The position numbers and the translations under genes were made by a program. From a virus (lineage: Duplodnaviria > Heunggongvirae > Uroviricota > Caudoviricetes): DNA of 64,000 bases. Below the pieces are notes generated by a model. That model saw only the letters and a program-made list of their open reading frames with translations, did no database searches and had not been told where the DNA came from. Positions 37,629 through 46,989 of the stretch are shown here, one piece after another (within the stretch, counting starts at the first letter, position 1; each line of letters begins with the position of its first letter). The DNA is taken from the IMG/VR virus record IMGVR_UViG_2925908680_000001; one strand, given 5' to 3'.

Positions 37629-38526
37629 ATCTATAGCAAGCATAGCCATAGAAAAACAGGATACGATGGCTGAAATTAGCTATATGCGCACCATTCGGAC
37701 TCAGGATGAATATGAGCGTCCGATATTCAAATGGGTAGGTGGTAAATTCTCAGAATTGCCTACAGTGCTTGAGCATCTACCACACGGTAAGCGGTTAATA
37801 GAACCATTCGTTGGTGGCGGTTCCGTATTTACGAATGCAGGATTTCGCCACAACCTGCTTAATGATATTAACGGTGACCTGATTAACTTCTATCAGACAT
37901 TGCAGCGAGAAGGACATTCGCTTGTCACGCTGTCATATAGTTTTTTCCAAAATTACAACAACGCTGACGCTTACCTCGAAGTGCGTGAGGCATTTAACAG
38001 AGGAAAGTATGACCAGCTACATCATGCTGCCGCCTTTTTGTACCTTAATCGGCACTGTTTTAATGGCGTAACGCGGTACAACCAAAATGGCGAGTTCAAC
38101 GTGGGGTATGGCAAATACAAAGCGCCCTACTTCCCACATGCAGAGATGGAGGCATTTTTGGCTGATGACGTACTCAAAAACACGTCCTTTGTATCAGGTG
38201 ACTTTGCTGGCGTCATCGAGGCGGCTGGTGAAGGCGATGTGATTTTTTGCGATCCGCCGTATGAACCGCTGCCGGATACAGAAGGGTTTACCAGTTATTC
38301 AGGAAATAGCTTCCGTTTCGACGAACAGAAACGGCTGGTATCTCTATTGGTGGAAGCCCACCAGCGCGGCGCTAAGGTAGTGATAACAAATAGTGGTGCG
38401 CCAAACATCCGTGAACTATATGAAGGAAACGGGTTTAAAGTACATCATATGGCAGCCAGACGGTCGGTGTCCTGCAAGGCGTCAACACGTGTAGTTGCTA
38501 ACGATATAATTGCAATAATGAAGTAA
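37621..38526 (+). CDS. dam: DNA adenine methyltransferase (Dam family)
   Basis: FKWVGGK, EPFVGGGSVF and DPPY motifs. Confidence 0.85.
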   Translation: MSKSIASIAIEKQDTMAEISYMRTIRTQDEYERPIFKWVGGKFSELPTVLEHLPHGKRLIEPFVGGGSVFTNAGFRHNLLNDINGDLINFYQTLQREGHSLVTLSYSFFQNYNNADAYLEVREAFNRGKYDQLHHAAAFLYLNRHCFNGVTRYNQNGEFNVGYGKYKAPYFPHAEMEAFLADDVLKNTSFVSGDFAGVIEAAGEGDVIFCDPPYEPLPDTEGFTSYSGNSFRFDEQKRLVSLLVEAHQRGAKVVITNSGAPNIRELYEGNGFKVHHMAARRSVSCKASTRVVANDIIAIMK

Positions 38527-38529
38527 AAA

Positions 38530-38558
38530 ACGCCGCAGTAGCGGCGTTTACTTTTTTA
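38530..38558. terminator. Bidirectional intrinsic terminator shared by dam and glnS
   Basis: acgccgc-agta-gcggcgt flanked by an A-run and a T-run. Confidence 0.7.
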
Positions 38559-38574
38559 TGTGGCGAAATACCTA

Positions 38575-40236
38575 TTAACCTAACTTCGCCCAGGTATCAC
38601 GCAGCCCAACGGTGCGGTTAAATACCGGTTTTTCCGCCGTAGAATGGCGGCTGTCGAGGCAGAAATAACCTTCACGCTCAAACTGGAATGCTTTACCCGC
38701 TACCGCTTCTTTCAGCGACGGTTCAGCAAAACCCTGTTTGATCACCAGCGATTCCGGGTTAATCACCGACAGGAAATCATCCGCAGCACCTGGGTTCGGC
38801 ACGCTGAACAGACGATCGTACAGGCGGATTTCAACCGGCAGCGCATGTGCCGCGCTCACCCAGTGAATAACGCCTTTCACTTTACGACCATCTGCCGGAT
38901 CTTTGCTTAAGGTGTCGGCGTCATAAGTACAGAAGATGGTGGTGATATTGCCTTCGGCATCTTTCTCCACGCGTTCAGCCTTAATGACGTAAGCATTACG
39001 CAGACGCACTTCTTTACCCAGCACCAGACGTTTGTACTGCTTGTTAGCTTCTTCTCGGAAATCGGCGCGGTCGATCCAAATCTCACCGCTAAACGGCACC
39101 TGACGGTTACCCATTTCCGGTTTGTTTGGATGGTTCGGCATGGTGACCATTTCGCCTTCGCCCTGATAGTTTTCGATGACCAGTTTCACCGGATCGATAA
39201 CCGCCATTGCGCGCGGCGCATTTTCGTTGAGATCTTCACGGATGCAGGATTCCAGCGACGCCATCTCAATGGTGTTGTCCTGCTTGGTCACGCCGATGCG
39301 TTTGCAGAACTCACGAATAGAAGCCGCAGTGTAACCACGACGACGCAGACCGGAAATGGTCGGCATACGCGGGTCATCCCAGCCTTCAACGTGCTTGTCG
39401 GTCACCAGCAGGTTCAGCTTACGCTTGGACATCACAGTGTATTCCAGATTCAGGCGCGAGAATTCGTACTGGCGCGGGTGAACAGGAATGGTGATGTTGT
39501 CCAGCACCCAGTCGTAAAGGCGACGGTTGTCCTGGAACTCAAGCGTACACAGAGAGTGCGTAATACCTTCCAGCGCATCGCTGATGCAGTGGGTGAAGTC
39601 GTACATCGGGTAGATGCACCACTTGTTGCCAGTCTGGTGGTGTTCAGCAAACTTAATGCGATACAGCACCGGATCGCGCATCACGATAAACGGCGAAGCC
39701 ATGTCGATTTTCGCACGCAGGCAGGCTTTACCTTCTTCAAAACCACCGGCACGCATTTTTTCGAACAGCGCCAGGTTCTCTTCAACGCTGCGATCGCGGT
39801 ACGGGCTGTTTTTACCCGGCTGCGTCAGGGTGCCGCGGTATTCGCGGATCTGTTCCGGCGTCAGTTCGTCAACATACGCCAGGCCTTTGTTGATCAGTTC
39901 AACAGCATAGGCGTGGAGCTGATCAAAATAATCGGAGGAGTAACGGATGTTGCCAGACCAGTGAAAACCTAACCATTCAACGTCGTTTTTAATCGACTCG
40001 ACGTACTCGATATCTTCTTTTACCGGGTTAGTGTCGTCGAAACGCAGGTTGCACTGGCCTTTATAGTCCTGGGCGATCCCGAAGTTCAGGCAGATAGATT
40101 TCGCATGACCAATATGCAGATAGCCATTCGGTTCCGGCGGGAAACGGGTATGTACTGTGGTGTGCTTACCACTGGCCAGATCTTCATCGATGATCTGACG
40201 AATAAAGTTAGTCGGGCGGGCTTCTGCCTCACTCAT
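38575..40236 (-). CDS. glnS: Glutaminyl-tRNA synthetase (GlnRS), near-identical to host E. coli protein
   Basis: 553-aa translation matches E. coli GlnRS over essentially the full length from memory ([25 protein letters not shown]..., HIGH and VMSKR class I motifs); only the extreme C-terminus seems to differ. Confidence 0.95.
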   Translation of the reverse strand: MSEAEARPTNFIRQIIDEDLASGKHTTVHTRFPPEPNGYLHIGHAKSICLNFGIAQDYKGQCNLRFDDTNPVKEDIEYVESIKNDVEWLGFHWSGNIRYSSDYFDQLHAYAVELINKGLAYVDELTPEQIREYRGTLTQPGKNSPYRDRSVEENLALFEKMRAGGFEEGKACLRAKIDMASPFIVMRDPVLYRIKFAEHHQTGNKWCIYPMYDFTHCISDALEGITHSLCTLEFQDNRRLYDWVLDNITIPVHPRQYEFSRLNLEYTVMSKRKLNLLVTDKHVEGWDDPRMPTISGLRRRGYTAASIREFCKRIGVTKQDNTIEMASLESCIREDLNENAPRAMAVIDPVKLVIENYQGEGEMVTMPNHPNKPEMGNRQVPFSGEIWIDRADFREEANKQYKRLVLGKEVRLRNAYVIKAERVEKDAEGNITTIFCTYDADTLSKDPADGRKVKGVIHWVSAAHALPVEIRLYDRLFSVPNPGAADDFLSVINPESLVIKQGFAEPSLKEAVAGKAFQFEREGYFCLDSRHSTAEKPVFNRTVGLRDTWAKLG

Positions 40237-40504
40237 TGTGGATTCCTCAAAGCGTAAACAACGTATAACAGCGTATGATCTTATAAGCCGAATAGGCTGA
40301 CAACCACTAGTTGATTAGAAATTGCTTTCTATCGTTATTTCAATAATGAGCTTTTTCATTAAGCCCACTTTTGCGCATAAGTAAATTAATGACAAATGGT
40401 ACACAATTGGAACCAAAAAGGATGTAAAGGTGCACCAAATTAGTGGTGTATTGGTGCACCTTTGGTTCAAGACTTTTTAAGTTCTAAAACCAACCTGAAA
40501 GACT

Positions 40505-40792
40505 TTATTTTGCTTCCTCAGACTCCGCTAACATGAGGATAGCATGGCGGATCATATTCAATTTGCTACGATTATGCTTTTTACTTAACGCATCAAGTAC
40601 CTGGTACTCGTATTCATTGAAACCAACACGAATAGATTTAAAATCACGTGGAGCGTCCTTATCGAGCACTTTGTTGTCTTCTGGTTGCTCACCCGGCACC
40701 AAATCAGCCTTACTTGCAAAATCCTCAATTCGGCGTTCAAGATCGGGGTCTTTTACTTCGGGGGCTTTTACCGATTTACGAGGCTTAATCAC
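40505..40792 (-). CDS. Ribbon-helix-helix partition/centromere-binding protein (ParG-like)
   Basis: 95 aa; C-terminal RHH-like FNEYEYQVLDALSKKHNRSKLNMIRHAILMLAE; coupled downstream of parA. Confidence 0.6.
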   Translation of the reverse strand: MIKPRKSVKAPEVKDPDLERRIEDFASKADLVPGEQPEDNKVLDKDAPRDFKSIRVGFNEYEYQVLDALSKKHNRSKLNMIRHAILMLAESEEAK

Positions 40793-41426
40793 TTAATAAC
40801 TCCTTAACCAACATCTGGATTTCACCTTTAGCTTTCCCGTTGTCCATCTCAACAACGCCCTTCCCTTCAGCCATGCAATCGCGGTAAACCTTACGATCAC
40901 GAATGATGGTTTTCAGCAACTTCAGTTGCGGATATTCAGCCAGGTACTCTTTGGCCTCATTGGTTTCATTCACAACCGGATTGGATGGGGCCATTGTTAA
41001 GACTGCGAACGCCTTAATGCTAGGATTAGGCATCAGGTCCAAAGCCTCTTCAAACACTTCAACAAAGTGTGCCAGCGTGTCTAAATCTGGTTGAGATGGT
41101 CTGAATGGGACCAACACAATATCTGCAGCGGTTATGCCTGTACGCATCTCTTTGCTATCGCGCCCGGCTGTATCAACAACTACAAATTCATAACGCTTAT
41201 CCAGATCGAGAAGTGTTTCTCGAATATTACCAAACTTCTGGACACAATGAATTACAGGAGAAACCTCTGCCGTGTTACGGTCAGCGGCCCAGCGGGCAGC
41301 TGTTCCTTGCTTGTCTGCATCTAGTAACACTACATCCTTATTTTCGCGGGCAAGCTCCGCACAGATGTTTACGCTTGTGGTTGATTTTCCACAGCCACCT
41401 TTTTGGCTGACTACCAATATAATCAT
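40785..41426 (-). CDS. parA: ParA-family partition ATPase (small type Ib)
   Basis: Deviant Walker A VVSQKGGCGKSTT; 213 aa. Confidence 0.8.
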   Translation of the reverse strand: MIILVVSQKGGCGKSTTSVNICAELARENKDVVLLDADKQGTAARWAADRNTAEVSPVIHCVQKFGNIRETLLDLDKRYEFVVVDTAGRDSKEMRTGITAADIVLVPFRPSQPDLDTLAHFVEVFEEALDLMPNPSIKAFAVLTMAPSNPVVNETNEAKEYLAEYPQLKLLKTIIRDRKVYRDCMAEGKGVVEMDNGKAKGEIQMLVKELLSD

Positions 41427-41711
41427 ATCCGTTCCTCGGTGTTATTTTGGTATCAAACTGGTTCCAAACAGAAGCCTTATTGATGCGGTTTTGGCTCTAT
41501 AGTGGAGTCATTATGCTTTGCAAAAGTATAACACTAATCATTCTAAATTTGCCCTCTGTTGCATCCTGTTTAACACGAAATCAGCACTAAATTGGAACCA
41601 GATACAAAGCAGCACCATAACAACACCGTTTTGGTACTAAAAGAGCACCAAACTAGAATCATAACGGTATAAAAAAGGCTGCAAATTGCAGCCTTTGAAG
41701 ATGTAGATTGG

Positions 41712-42083
41712 TTAATCAGGGAGTGAGTTTGCCAAATTCTGAGCAGAGCGGCTTTTCGGAACGCCTGGTTTTTTTACATCCTCTGAGACAGAGGTTTTTC
41801 CTTCAGTAGGTTCCCGAACTTCATGCGAAATTTCAAGAAACGAAACCAGCATTTTTCTGATCACTTCAGAGCTATTATCACCGGATAAAAGCGATGCCAA
41901 CATGGGAGGTAATCTGCTATCAACCTCGCCAAGAGCGATACCTGCAAGCATCGCAGTGCGCACCATATCATTGCGATCACTTAATGGATGGGCCTCAATT
42001 TTTGCCACAGCATATTGCTCACTGGCGTAAGCGTTAAGATCTGAACGAAGATAAAACATTATTTTTCGACGTTCTTTAGACAT
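41712..42083 (-). CDS. parR: ParR/StbB-like centromere-binding protein
   Basis: 123 aa directly downstream of parM; ParR-like N-terminal segment. Confidence 0.65.
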   Translation of the reverse strand: MSKERRKIMFYLRSDLNAYASEQYAVAKIEAHPLSDRNDMVRTAMLAGIALGEVDSRLPPMLASLLSGDNSSEVIRKMLVSFLEISHEVREPTEGKTSVSEDVKKPGVPKSRSAQNLANSLPD

Positions 42084-42093
42084 GGCAACCTCA

Positions 42094-43053
42094 TCAACCG
42101 ATAGATTTTAGACCATATACAAGAGCAAGTTGTGGATCATCAGCAACGAAAAACCTATCGTCACGAATGTTTACCTGCTCACGGATAGCATCAGCAACAA
42201 GCGGCGCGCCGCCACCAATTACCATAACATGTGTGTATCCTTTGAAATCACTGATCACATCCAGTACGCGTGTACGGAGTCGCTCTATGCTTGACGAAAT
42301 GGCTTTCTTAACATCATCAATAGCAGACGGATCGTTAATATTGTCGGTCAGATAATCCTCATCATCTCGATTAATGATTAATTGATCGACGTTATAATTA
42401 GAGGTTTCGGTATTAGCTTTTGCAAGTGCCTGTCTGACCTCTTTAGTTACCAGCGAAACGCCGAGATTAGAATCGCCAAATACGCGAGAAACGGCGGTCA
42501 TTTGCCCGGCAACCATCGACACATCCAGAGTAGTCCCGCCAAGATCAACAATAAGCACAGAATGCGCTGGCACAAGGCTGTCGCACAGACCGATCCCTGC
42601 GGGTATTGACTCCGGGCGCACAGTCACTTTTTTGATAGTAAAAACCTGACCTTTGTTAAGGGTGACTGGTCGCATCAGGCTGGCCTTTTTCCGCTCAATA
42701 TTTTTCATGTTGTATTGTGCGTCGTCGTCATAAAACTCTGCCAGTGGCAACGTGACTACTATTTCCACTTCTTGAGGCTCAATGCCACTTGTAAGCAGGG
42801 CATGATGAACAGCAAGCACATTAAGCGGGCTGTATTGCCATTCAACGTTATTCGTTGGCAGAACATCCGGCGAGATCAAGTCATATGAATATTTTTCGTC
42901 ATCAATGATGTAGTTAAACGTTTTTCCTGCGCCAAATGTGGCGGACCATCCACGTTTAAAACTGTTCGGGCAGATATGGGTTCGAGTTTCCCCGTCTTGT
43001 TCCCACAGCATTTTGATATTGGTAGAACCATCGTCGATAAAAATGCGCATCAT
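42094..43053 (-). CDS. parM: ParM/StbA actin-like segregation ATPase
   Basis: Start at MMRIFIDDGSTNIK; strong similarity to R1 ParM as recalled (SPNSFKR, NVLAVHHALLTSG, DLGGTTLD, THVMVIGGGA); 320 aa. Confidence 0.85.
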   Translation of the reverse strand: MMRIFIDDGSTNIKMLWEQDGETRTHICPNSFKRGWSATFGAGKTFNYIIDDEKYSYDLISPDVLPTNNVEWQYSPLNVLAVHHALLTSGIEPQEVEIVVTLPLAEFYDDDAQYNMKNIERKKASLMRPVTLNKGQVFTIKKVTVRPESIPAGIGLCDSLVPAHSVLIVDLGGTTLDVSMVAGQMTAVSRVFGDSNLGVSLVTKEVRQALAKANTETSNYNVDQLIINRDDEDYLTDNINDPSAIDDVKKAISSSIERLRTRVLDVISDFKGYTHVMVIGGGAPLVADAIREQVNIRDDRFFVADDPQLALVYGLKSIG

Positions 43054-43071
43054 ATTGCTCCACTTCTGAGA

Positions 43072-43205
43072 CACATTTGAGAAAGAATTGAATCTTATAT
43101 GAGAAAACAAAATAAAACCAGAAGTTGAGAGAGCAAAAAGCACCAGATTTGAGACAAACCAGAGACAAACTAGAGACACACTAGAGACAAGTATGAGAAA
43201 CAAGA
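43072..43205. repeat. parC-like centromere: about 8-10 direct repeats with 10-11 bp period
   Basis: tttgagaaag, tatgagaaaac, gttgagagagc, tttgagacaaa, ccagagacaaa, ctagagacaca, ctagagacaag, tatgagaaaca immediately upstream of parM. Confidence 0.6.
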
Positions 43206-43219
43206 AATCTTAAGAGTGA

Positions 43220-43240
43220 AAATCACAAAGTGGAGAAGAT
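43220..43240 (+). promoter_or_regulatory. Late-promoter-like element aaatcacaaagt
   Basis: Recurring motif 30 bp upstream of the PAAR gene. Confidence 0.4.
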
Positions 43241-43261
43241 TTAAGAAAAAGGAGGTGTTAG

Positions 43262-43546
43262 ATGAGTGCAATAGCGACCTGTGACACAGTTTGTTCCGGT
43301 CATGGAGGATTCCCTCCGCGACCTGTAGCAGAAACAGTTTCCTGGTTTACCGTAAATGGAAAGCCAGTTGTTGTAGATGGTGCCATGTTTCCCAGTCACA
43401 CTGACGGTAACAGTGCACATCCAGGGGCAGCTGTATCGACGCGAGTATGGTTTTCGATAGGTGGAAAGGGAGTTGTCTGTGTAGGCGATCCGCTTTCTTG
43501 TGGTTCTGTTATCGCCAACGGCGAGGATATTTTTCAGGTTGCATAA
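43262..43546 (+). CDS. PAAR-domain spike-tip protein
   Basis: 94 aa with PAAR-like pattern CSGHGGFPPRP ... GDPLSCGS. Confidence 0.7.
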   Translation: MSAIATCDTVCSGHGGFPPRPVAETVSWFTVNGKPVVVDGAMFPSHTDGNSAHPGAAVSTRVWFSIGGKGVVCVGDPLSCGSVIANGEDIFQVA

Positions 43547-44352
43547 TGCTTGATTCAATAGGTGAAGTTAAAGCCTTCAAAATTCTGTCAGATGCCGGTA
43601 TCTCTACACCAGAATCTATAACCATAAGCCGGGCAGCTTCTGTAAAAGCCTCATCGCTCGCCAGCGCCATACAGGGAATAGTTCACGCCGATAAAACCTA
43701 TCCTGATTCTGTTTCGGCCTGGACTACTCAATTGCTTGGCTTTTCTGAACAGCTCAATGAGGCCAGCAAAGCGTCTTCATCACTGGCTGATTCTCTTTCC
43801 CCATACACCAAGCCATCAGAGCTGTTACAGATGAAGATTGGCTGGGAATGCTACGCAAAAGGTAACGAGCTGACCCCCATACCTGCTTTCGCCCTTGTTG
43901 AGGGAATGGGGAATGTTTCCATTCCGCAATCTCTAACGGACGCATTGACGGCGCTAAAACTTGATGCTCTGAAAACCGCCATGAACGCCATTAACGCAAA
44001 AATTGAAGCTGCCGGAAGTGCTGGTGGTGGTGAAAGCAATGGTGGACAGGGTGGTGCTGGGGGCGCTCAGGCTCCAGTCATTACTCAGGATGAAATTGAT
44101 GCTTTACGGGAAGCAGTGACAGCCGCCGAAGTTTTACTCTCCGAAATTAACTCAGCAAGTGAGGGTGTCGTAGCCCTTACAGGTCGCATTAAAACGTCAA
44201 CCACTCAGGCAACCAAAGGTTTAGAGAACGCTGTCGCCATCACGTTAACTGGTTCTCTACTGGATGATGCAGTAATGAGTCCGGCAATCAGTTTAATCAT
44301 GCCACAAGGCGTTATCGATGCGCTCCAAAAGAACACCAAAAAGGAACCATAG
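43546..44352 (+). CDS. Hypothetical protein (Ala/Ser/Gly-rich)
   Basis: ORF track frame with ATG at 43546. Confidence 0.45.
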   Translation: MLDSIGEVKAFKILSDAGISTPESITISRAASVKASSLASAIQGIVHADKTYPDSVSAWTTQLLGFSEQLNEASKASSSLADSLSPYTKPSELLQMKIGWECYAKGNELTPIPAFALVEGMGNVSIPQSLTDALTALKLDALKTAMNAINAKIEAAGSAGGGESNGGQGGAGGAQAPVITQDEIDALREAVTAAEVLLSEINSASEGVVALTGRIKTSTTQATKGLENAVAITLTGSLLDDAVMSPAISLIMPQGVIDALQKNTKKEP

Positions 44353-44422
44353 AAACACCACTTAGGCACACAAAAGGATGTAAATTGGTACATGTTTAAC
44401 ACCAAAAATGAACCTGGAGAGG

Positions 44423-44881
44423 ATGGTTTTGAAAAAGATAATTTTGATTGTAAATGCGCTTTTAGCCATTTCTGGAATTTACCGAACAACGACGGCAGTT
44501 ATCGAACACATCAGGTATGTCCGATCGCTTGAAGACTCAAAATCACAACTGGAAAGCACGAACAACACGCTTTCTACCGCATTACAGTTAAGTGAGAACG
44601 CTCGCTCAGCCATGCTGACCGAAAACGAAAGAATTAAAGCACTGGAAAAGGAGTACCAGCGCAAAACAGCAGAACTGAATGCCAACCTAATCAAACAACG
44701 AGAGGAAAGCCAGAATGAAATCACTCGCCTTGAAAATACGTTGCGCCGTGCTGGGATTAACGATGTGCGTGTACCTGATGACGTTATCAGGATGCAGCGG
44801 GAACGGGCAAAAGCCATCAACCAGCGTGCCAGTGAAAATTACCGTAGAAGCCACCAGCAAGCCGCAGGCAAATCTGATTGA
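44423..44881 (+). CDS. Rz-like i-spanin
   Basis: N-terminal TM segment (KKIILIVNALLAISGIY) then coiled coil; RBS ggagagg; embedded lipoprotein ORF in +1 frame. Confidence 0.5.
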   Translation: MVLKKIILIVNALLAISGIYRTTTAVIEHIRYVRSLEDSKSQLESTNNTLSTALQLSENARSAMLTENERIKALEKEYQRKTAELNANLIKQREESQNEITRLENTLRRAGINDVRVPDDVIRMQRERAKAINQRASENYRRSHQQAAGKSD

Positions 44882-45041
44882 TTACTCCCCTTGTTTAGTG
44901 CCAGAGGACACGCCAGTGCTGTTAAACAAGTATCCGACATACGCTGAACAGTTATTCAGCACGATCGACGAATGCAACCAACGAAACGCACTGAATAACC
45001 AAAGAAACAGGGAGATTTGGGAAGGGGACAGGCGGCAGTGA
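44715..45041 (+). CDS. Rz1-like o-spanin lipoprotein (overlapped architecture)
   Basis: Signal peptide with lipobox LSGC; starts inside Rz in another frame and extends beyond it; RBS gaggaaag. Confidence 0.5.
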   Translation: MKSLALKIRCAVLGLTMCVYLMTLSGCSGNGQKPSTSVPVKITVEATSKPQANLIDYSPCLVPEDTPVLLNKYPTYAEQLFSTIDECNQRNALNNQRNREIWEGDRRQ

Positions 45042-45068
45042 GCTTCACAAAAGCTACATAATTATTTT

Positions 45069-45081
45069 GCGTTAGAAAAAT
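45069..45081 (-). promoter_or_regulatory. Operator-like motif (atttttctaacgc on the reverse strand)
   Basis: Recurring TTTCTAACA-like motif downstream of the spanins. Confidence 0.3.
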
Positions 45082-45289
45082 AATTTGAATTTTCGAACAT
45101 AAATAATAAAATAAATCATCAAAAATTTGATGTTGATCTTCCATGTTTTCAGGCTTATATTCACGCCGTCGTAGCAAATTCTGCGACCGGGTTTAGCAGC
45201 CTGAATGATTGTGCGGACAACCGCAGATTTCCGATATTGCGGTATTTTTGTGTCCGTAAACCGCGTTACGCCCGAATTATGGTGGGGCG

Positions 45290-45400
45290 TGATGGGGAGG
45301 CTTCGGCCTGCTGGTTTCACAATCGCCAGTCTGCTAACCCCGTCACGTCCTGCCACCCGTTTAGCAGCGGGTAGCAGGTTGTTAAACCTGATTGTGAGGC
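45290..45400 (+). ncRNA. Putative c4-like antisense RNA / target region of immunity module 2
   Basis: tcacaatc (45317-45324) complementary to gattgtga (45390-45397) at the icd RBS; ctgctaacc (45331-45339) complementary to gtttagcag (45359-45367). Confidence 0.35.
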
Positions 45401-45407
45401 CGTAACT

Positions 45408-45623
45408 ATGGTTAATGCCAATCCTTGCCCTCGCCCGGAATTTATCTGGCGCTTTTATTCCTGCACAAAACACACCTACATCAGCGTAATGGCAGCTACT
45501 GAGGCTGAAGCGCGTTCATTTCTTCCTACAGATCCGTGCATTTTTGCCGCTCGCTTTAAACCCGATGCTCTGGACGTTTTGACCTACTGGAACCGCCCAA
45601 TGAACTGCGTGGAGGTGCACTGA
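45408..45623 (+). CDS. icd: Icd-like host cell division inhibitor (second copy)
   Basis: 71 aa, about 75 percent identical by eye to ORF 26655-26870; coupled to ant. Confidence 0.65.
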   Translation: MVNANPCPRPEFIWRFYSCTKHTYISVMAATEAEARSFLPTDPCIFAARFKPDALDVLTYWNRPMNCVEVH

Positions 45624-46549
45624 TGAATCTGTCCATCTCTCAAAAAGTGACAATGACAAGTATTGAGATCGCGGAGCTGGTGGGAAGTCGTCATGACAAG
45701 GTGAAACAATCTATTGAACGACTGGCGGGACGAGGTGTAATAGCTTTTCCCCCAATGGGGGAGAAGCCCACCGCAGGCCGCCCGGCGAGCTATTACGTCT
45801 TTGAAGGCGAGCAAGGCAAGCGCGACAGCATTGTTGTCGTCGCACAGCTTTCTCCCGAATTTACCGCCCGACTGGTGGACCGCTGGCGCGAACTGGAGAG
45901 TGCCAAAGTACAGTTAAAATCAAAGGCCGAAATCCTGGCCGAAATGGCGCAAATGCATCTTGAGCATGAACGCCGGATCAACGCCGTAAATGCCCAGGTA
46001 GCCGAGGTATCAGCACAAGTGTCCAGGGTCACTGAAACACTTGAGCAGATCAAGAAAGGCAATATTCCGGAAGGCTACATTGGCTACCGCCAGCTGGCGG
46101 CGAAATGTGGCCTGACTGAAGCCAAATGTCGCAACCTGGTTAACGCTTTCCGGATTCCCACCGATACGCATGAGTTTTTAACTCCAGATGGTTTGCTTGC
46201 GCGACGCTCCATTGTGGCCCTGGCCCCCTTCCGGAAAGCCTTTAAGCAGGTGATGTCGGAGGCAGAACCACGCAATAAACGCTGGTATCATCCAAAGATG
46301 GGGATGTTTCAGGCAATCCACCATCCTGTGCCTGAAAGCCCAAAGGATAATCTGTCACTACATACCGTCAGAGAGAAGATCAGGACTGGATACGCAACAG
46401 TGTGTCGTCGTTCTTCCTGGCCTGAAGGTATATGGGTGTGGCCCGAAGGTGGATCACGAAAGCACTGGCGCACTATCCGAGATGGGAAAATCCATGCTAT
46501 TGATTTAGCTCCAGAGGATATTGTTGCTACGGACTGGATTGTTAGTTAA
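45623..46549 (+). CDS. ant: Antirepressor (Ant-like), second copy
   Basis: 308 aa; C-terminal two-thirds near-identical to ORF 26870-27811, N-terminal Rha-type region diverged. Confidence 0.7.
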   Translation: MNLSISQKVTMTSIEIAELVGSRHDKVKQSIERLAGRGVIAFPPMGEKPTAGRPASYYVFEGEQGKRDSIVVVAQLSPEFTARLVDRWRELESAKVQLKSKAEILAEMAQMHLEHERRINAVNAQVAEVSAQVSRVTETLEQIKKGNIPEGYIGYRQLAAKCGLTEAKCRNLVNAFRIPTDTHEFLTPDGLLARRSIVALAPFRKAFKQVMSEAEPRNKRWYHPKMGMFQAIHHPVPESPKDNLSLHTVREKIRTGYATVCRRSSWPEGIWVWPEGGSRKHWRTIRDGKIHAIDLAPEDIVATDWIVS

Positions 46550-46557
46550 TTACTGTT

Positions 46558-46580
46558 GCCCCGGCCAGGCCGGGGCTTTC
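46558..46580. terminator. GC-rich hairpin between convergent ant and ORF 46585-46989
   Basis: gccccggcc / ggccggggc followed by tttc. Confidence 0.5.
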
Positions 46581-46584
46581 GTGA

Positions 46585-46989
46585 CTAAAAATCTGTTCGC
46601 TGTCGCCATGCGTTTTTTAACTCAGGAATATCCGCCATTTCAATTAACTTGCGAAGTCCAGCACTGACTTTCCCATTGCCAACCATAGCAAGCCAATCTC
46701 TTACTGCTTTCGGCATGTAGAGCGTTGCAGTTACCGGCTCTTCAACCCTGGCAGGACATCCGCATACAGGCCATTTAATTGATTCCATAACTTCGGATGC
46801 CGGGGTGAGGGCGGGGACATTGAGTATATCTCTACCAGAAAACTGGATAACGATCCGTTCAGCGAGCGAGAGTATCTCACTTTCGGCAAGAATTGATGCC
46901 AACTGCGCCTCAACAAGAAAGCGACTTGTTGTGTTCAGAGAGTGGCTCTTAGCGCCATTTTTATACGAAACAAAGATTCGATACGCCAT
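46585..46989 (-). CDS. Hypothetical protein
   Basis: ORF track; operator-like motif directly upstream. Confidence 0.45.
   Translation of the reverse strand: MAYRIFVSYKNGAKSHSLNTTSRFLVEAQLASILAESEILSLAERIVIQFSGRDILNVPALTPASEVMESIKWPVCGCPARVEEPVTATLYMPKAVRDWLAMVGNGKVSAGLRKLIEMADIPELKNAWRQRTDF

Noticed and set aside
39130-39972. 280-aa forward-strand ORF from the ORF track
   Set aside because: It lies entirely inside glnS on the opposite strand; glnS is unambiguous, so this is a spurious antisense ORF. The same applies to 8110-8676 inside dre, 57756-58166 inside the tape-measure gene, and 6467-7466 forward ORFs inside the 345-aa gene.
45072-45473. 133-aa reverse-strand ORF
   Set aside because: It overlaps the structured c4-like leader and the start of icd; no RBS is evident and its composition looks like translated regulatory RNA.
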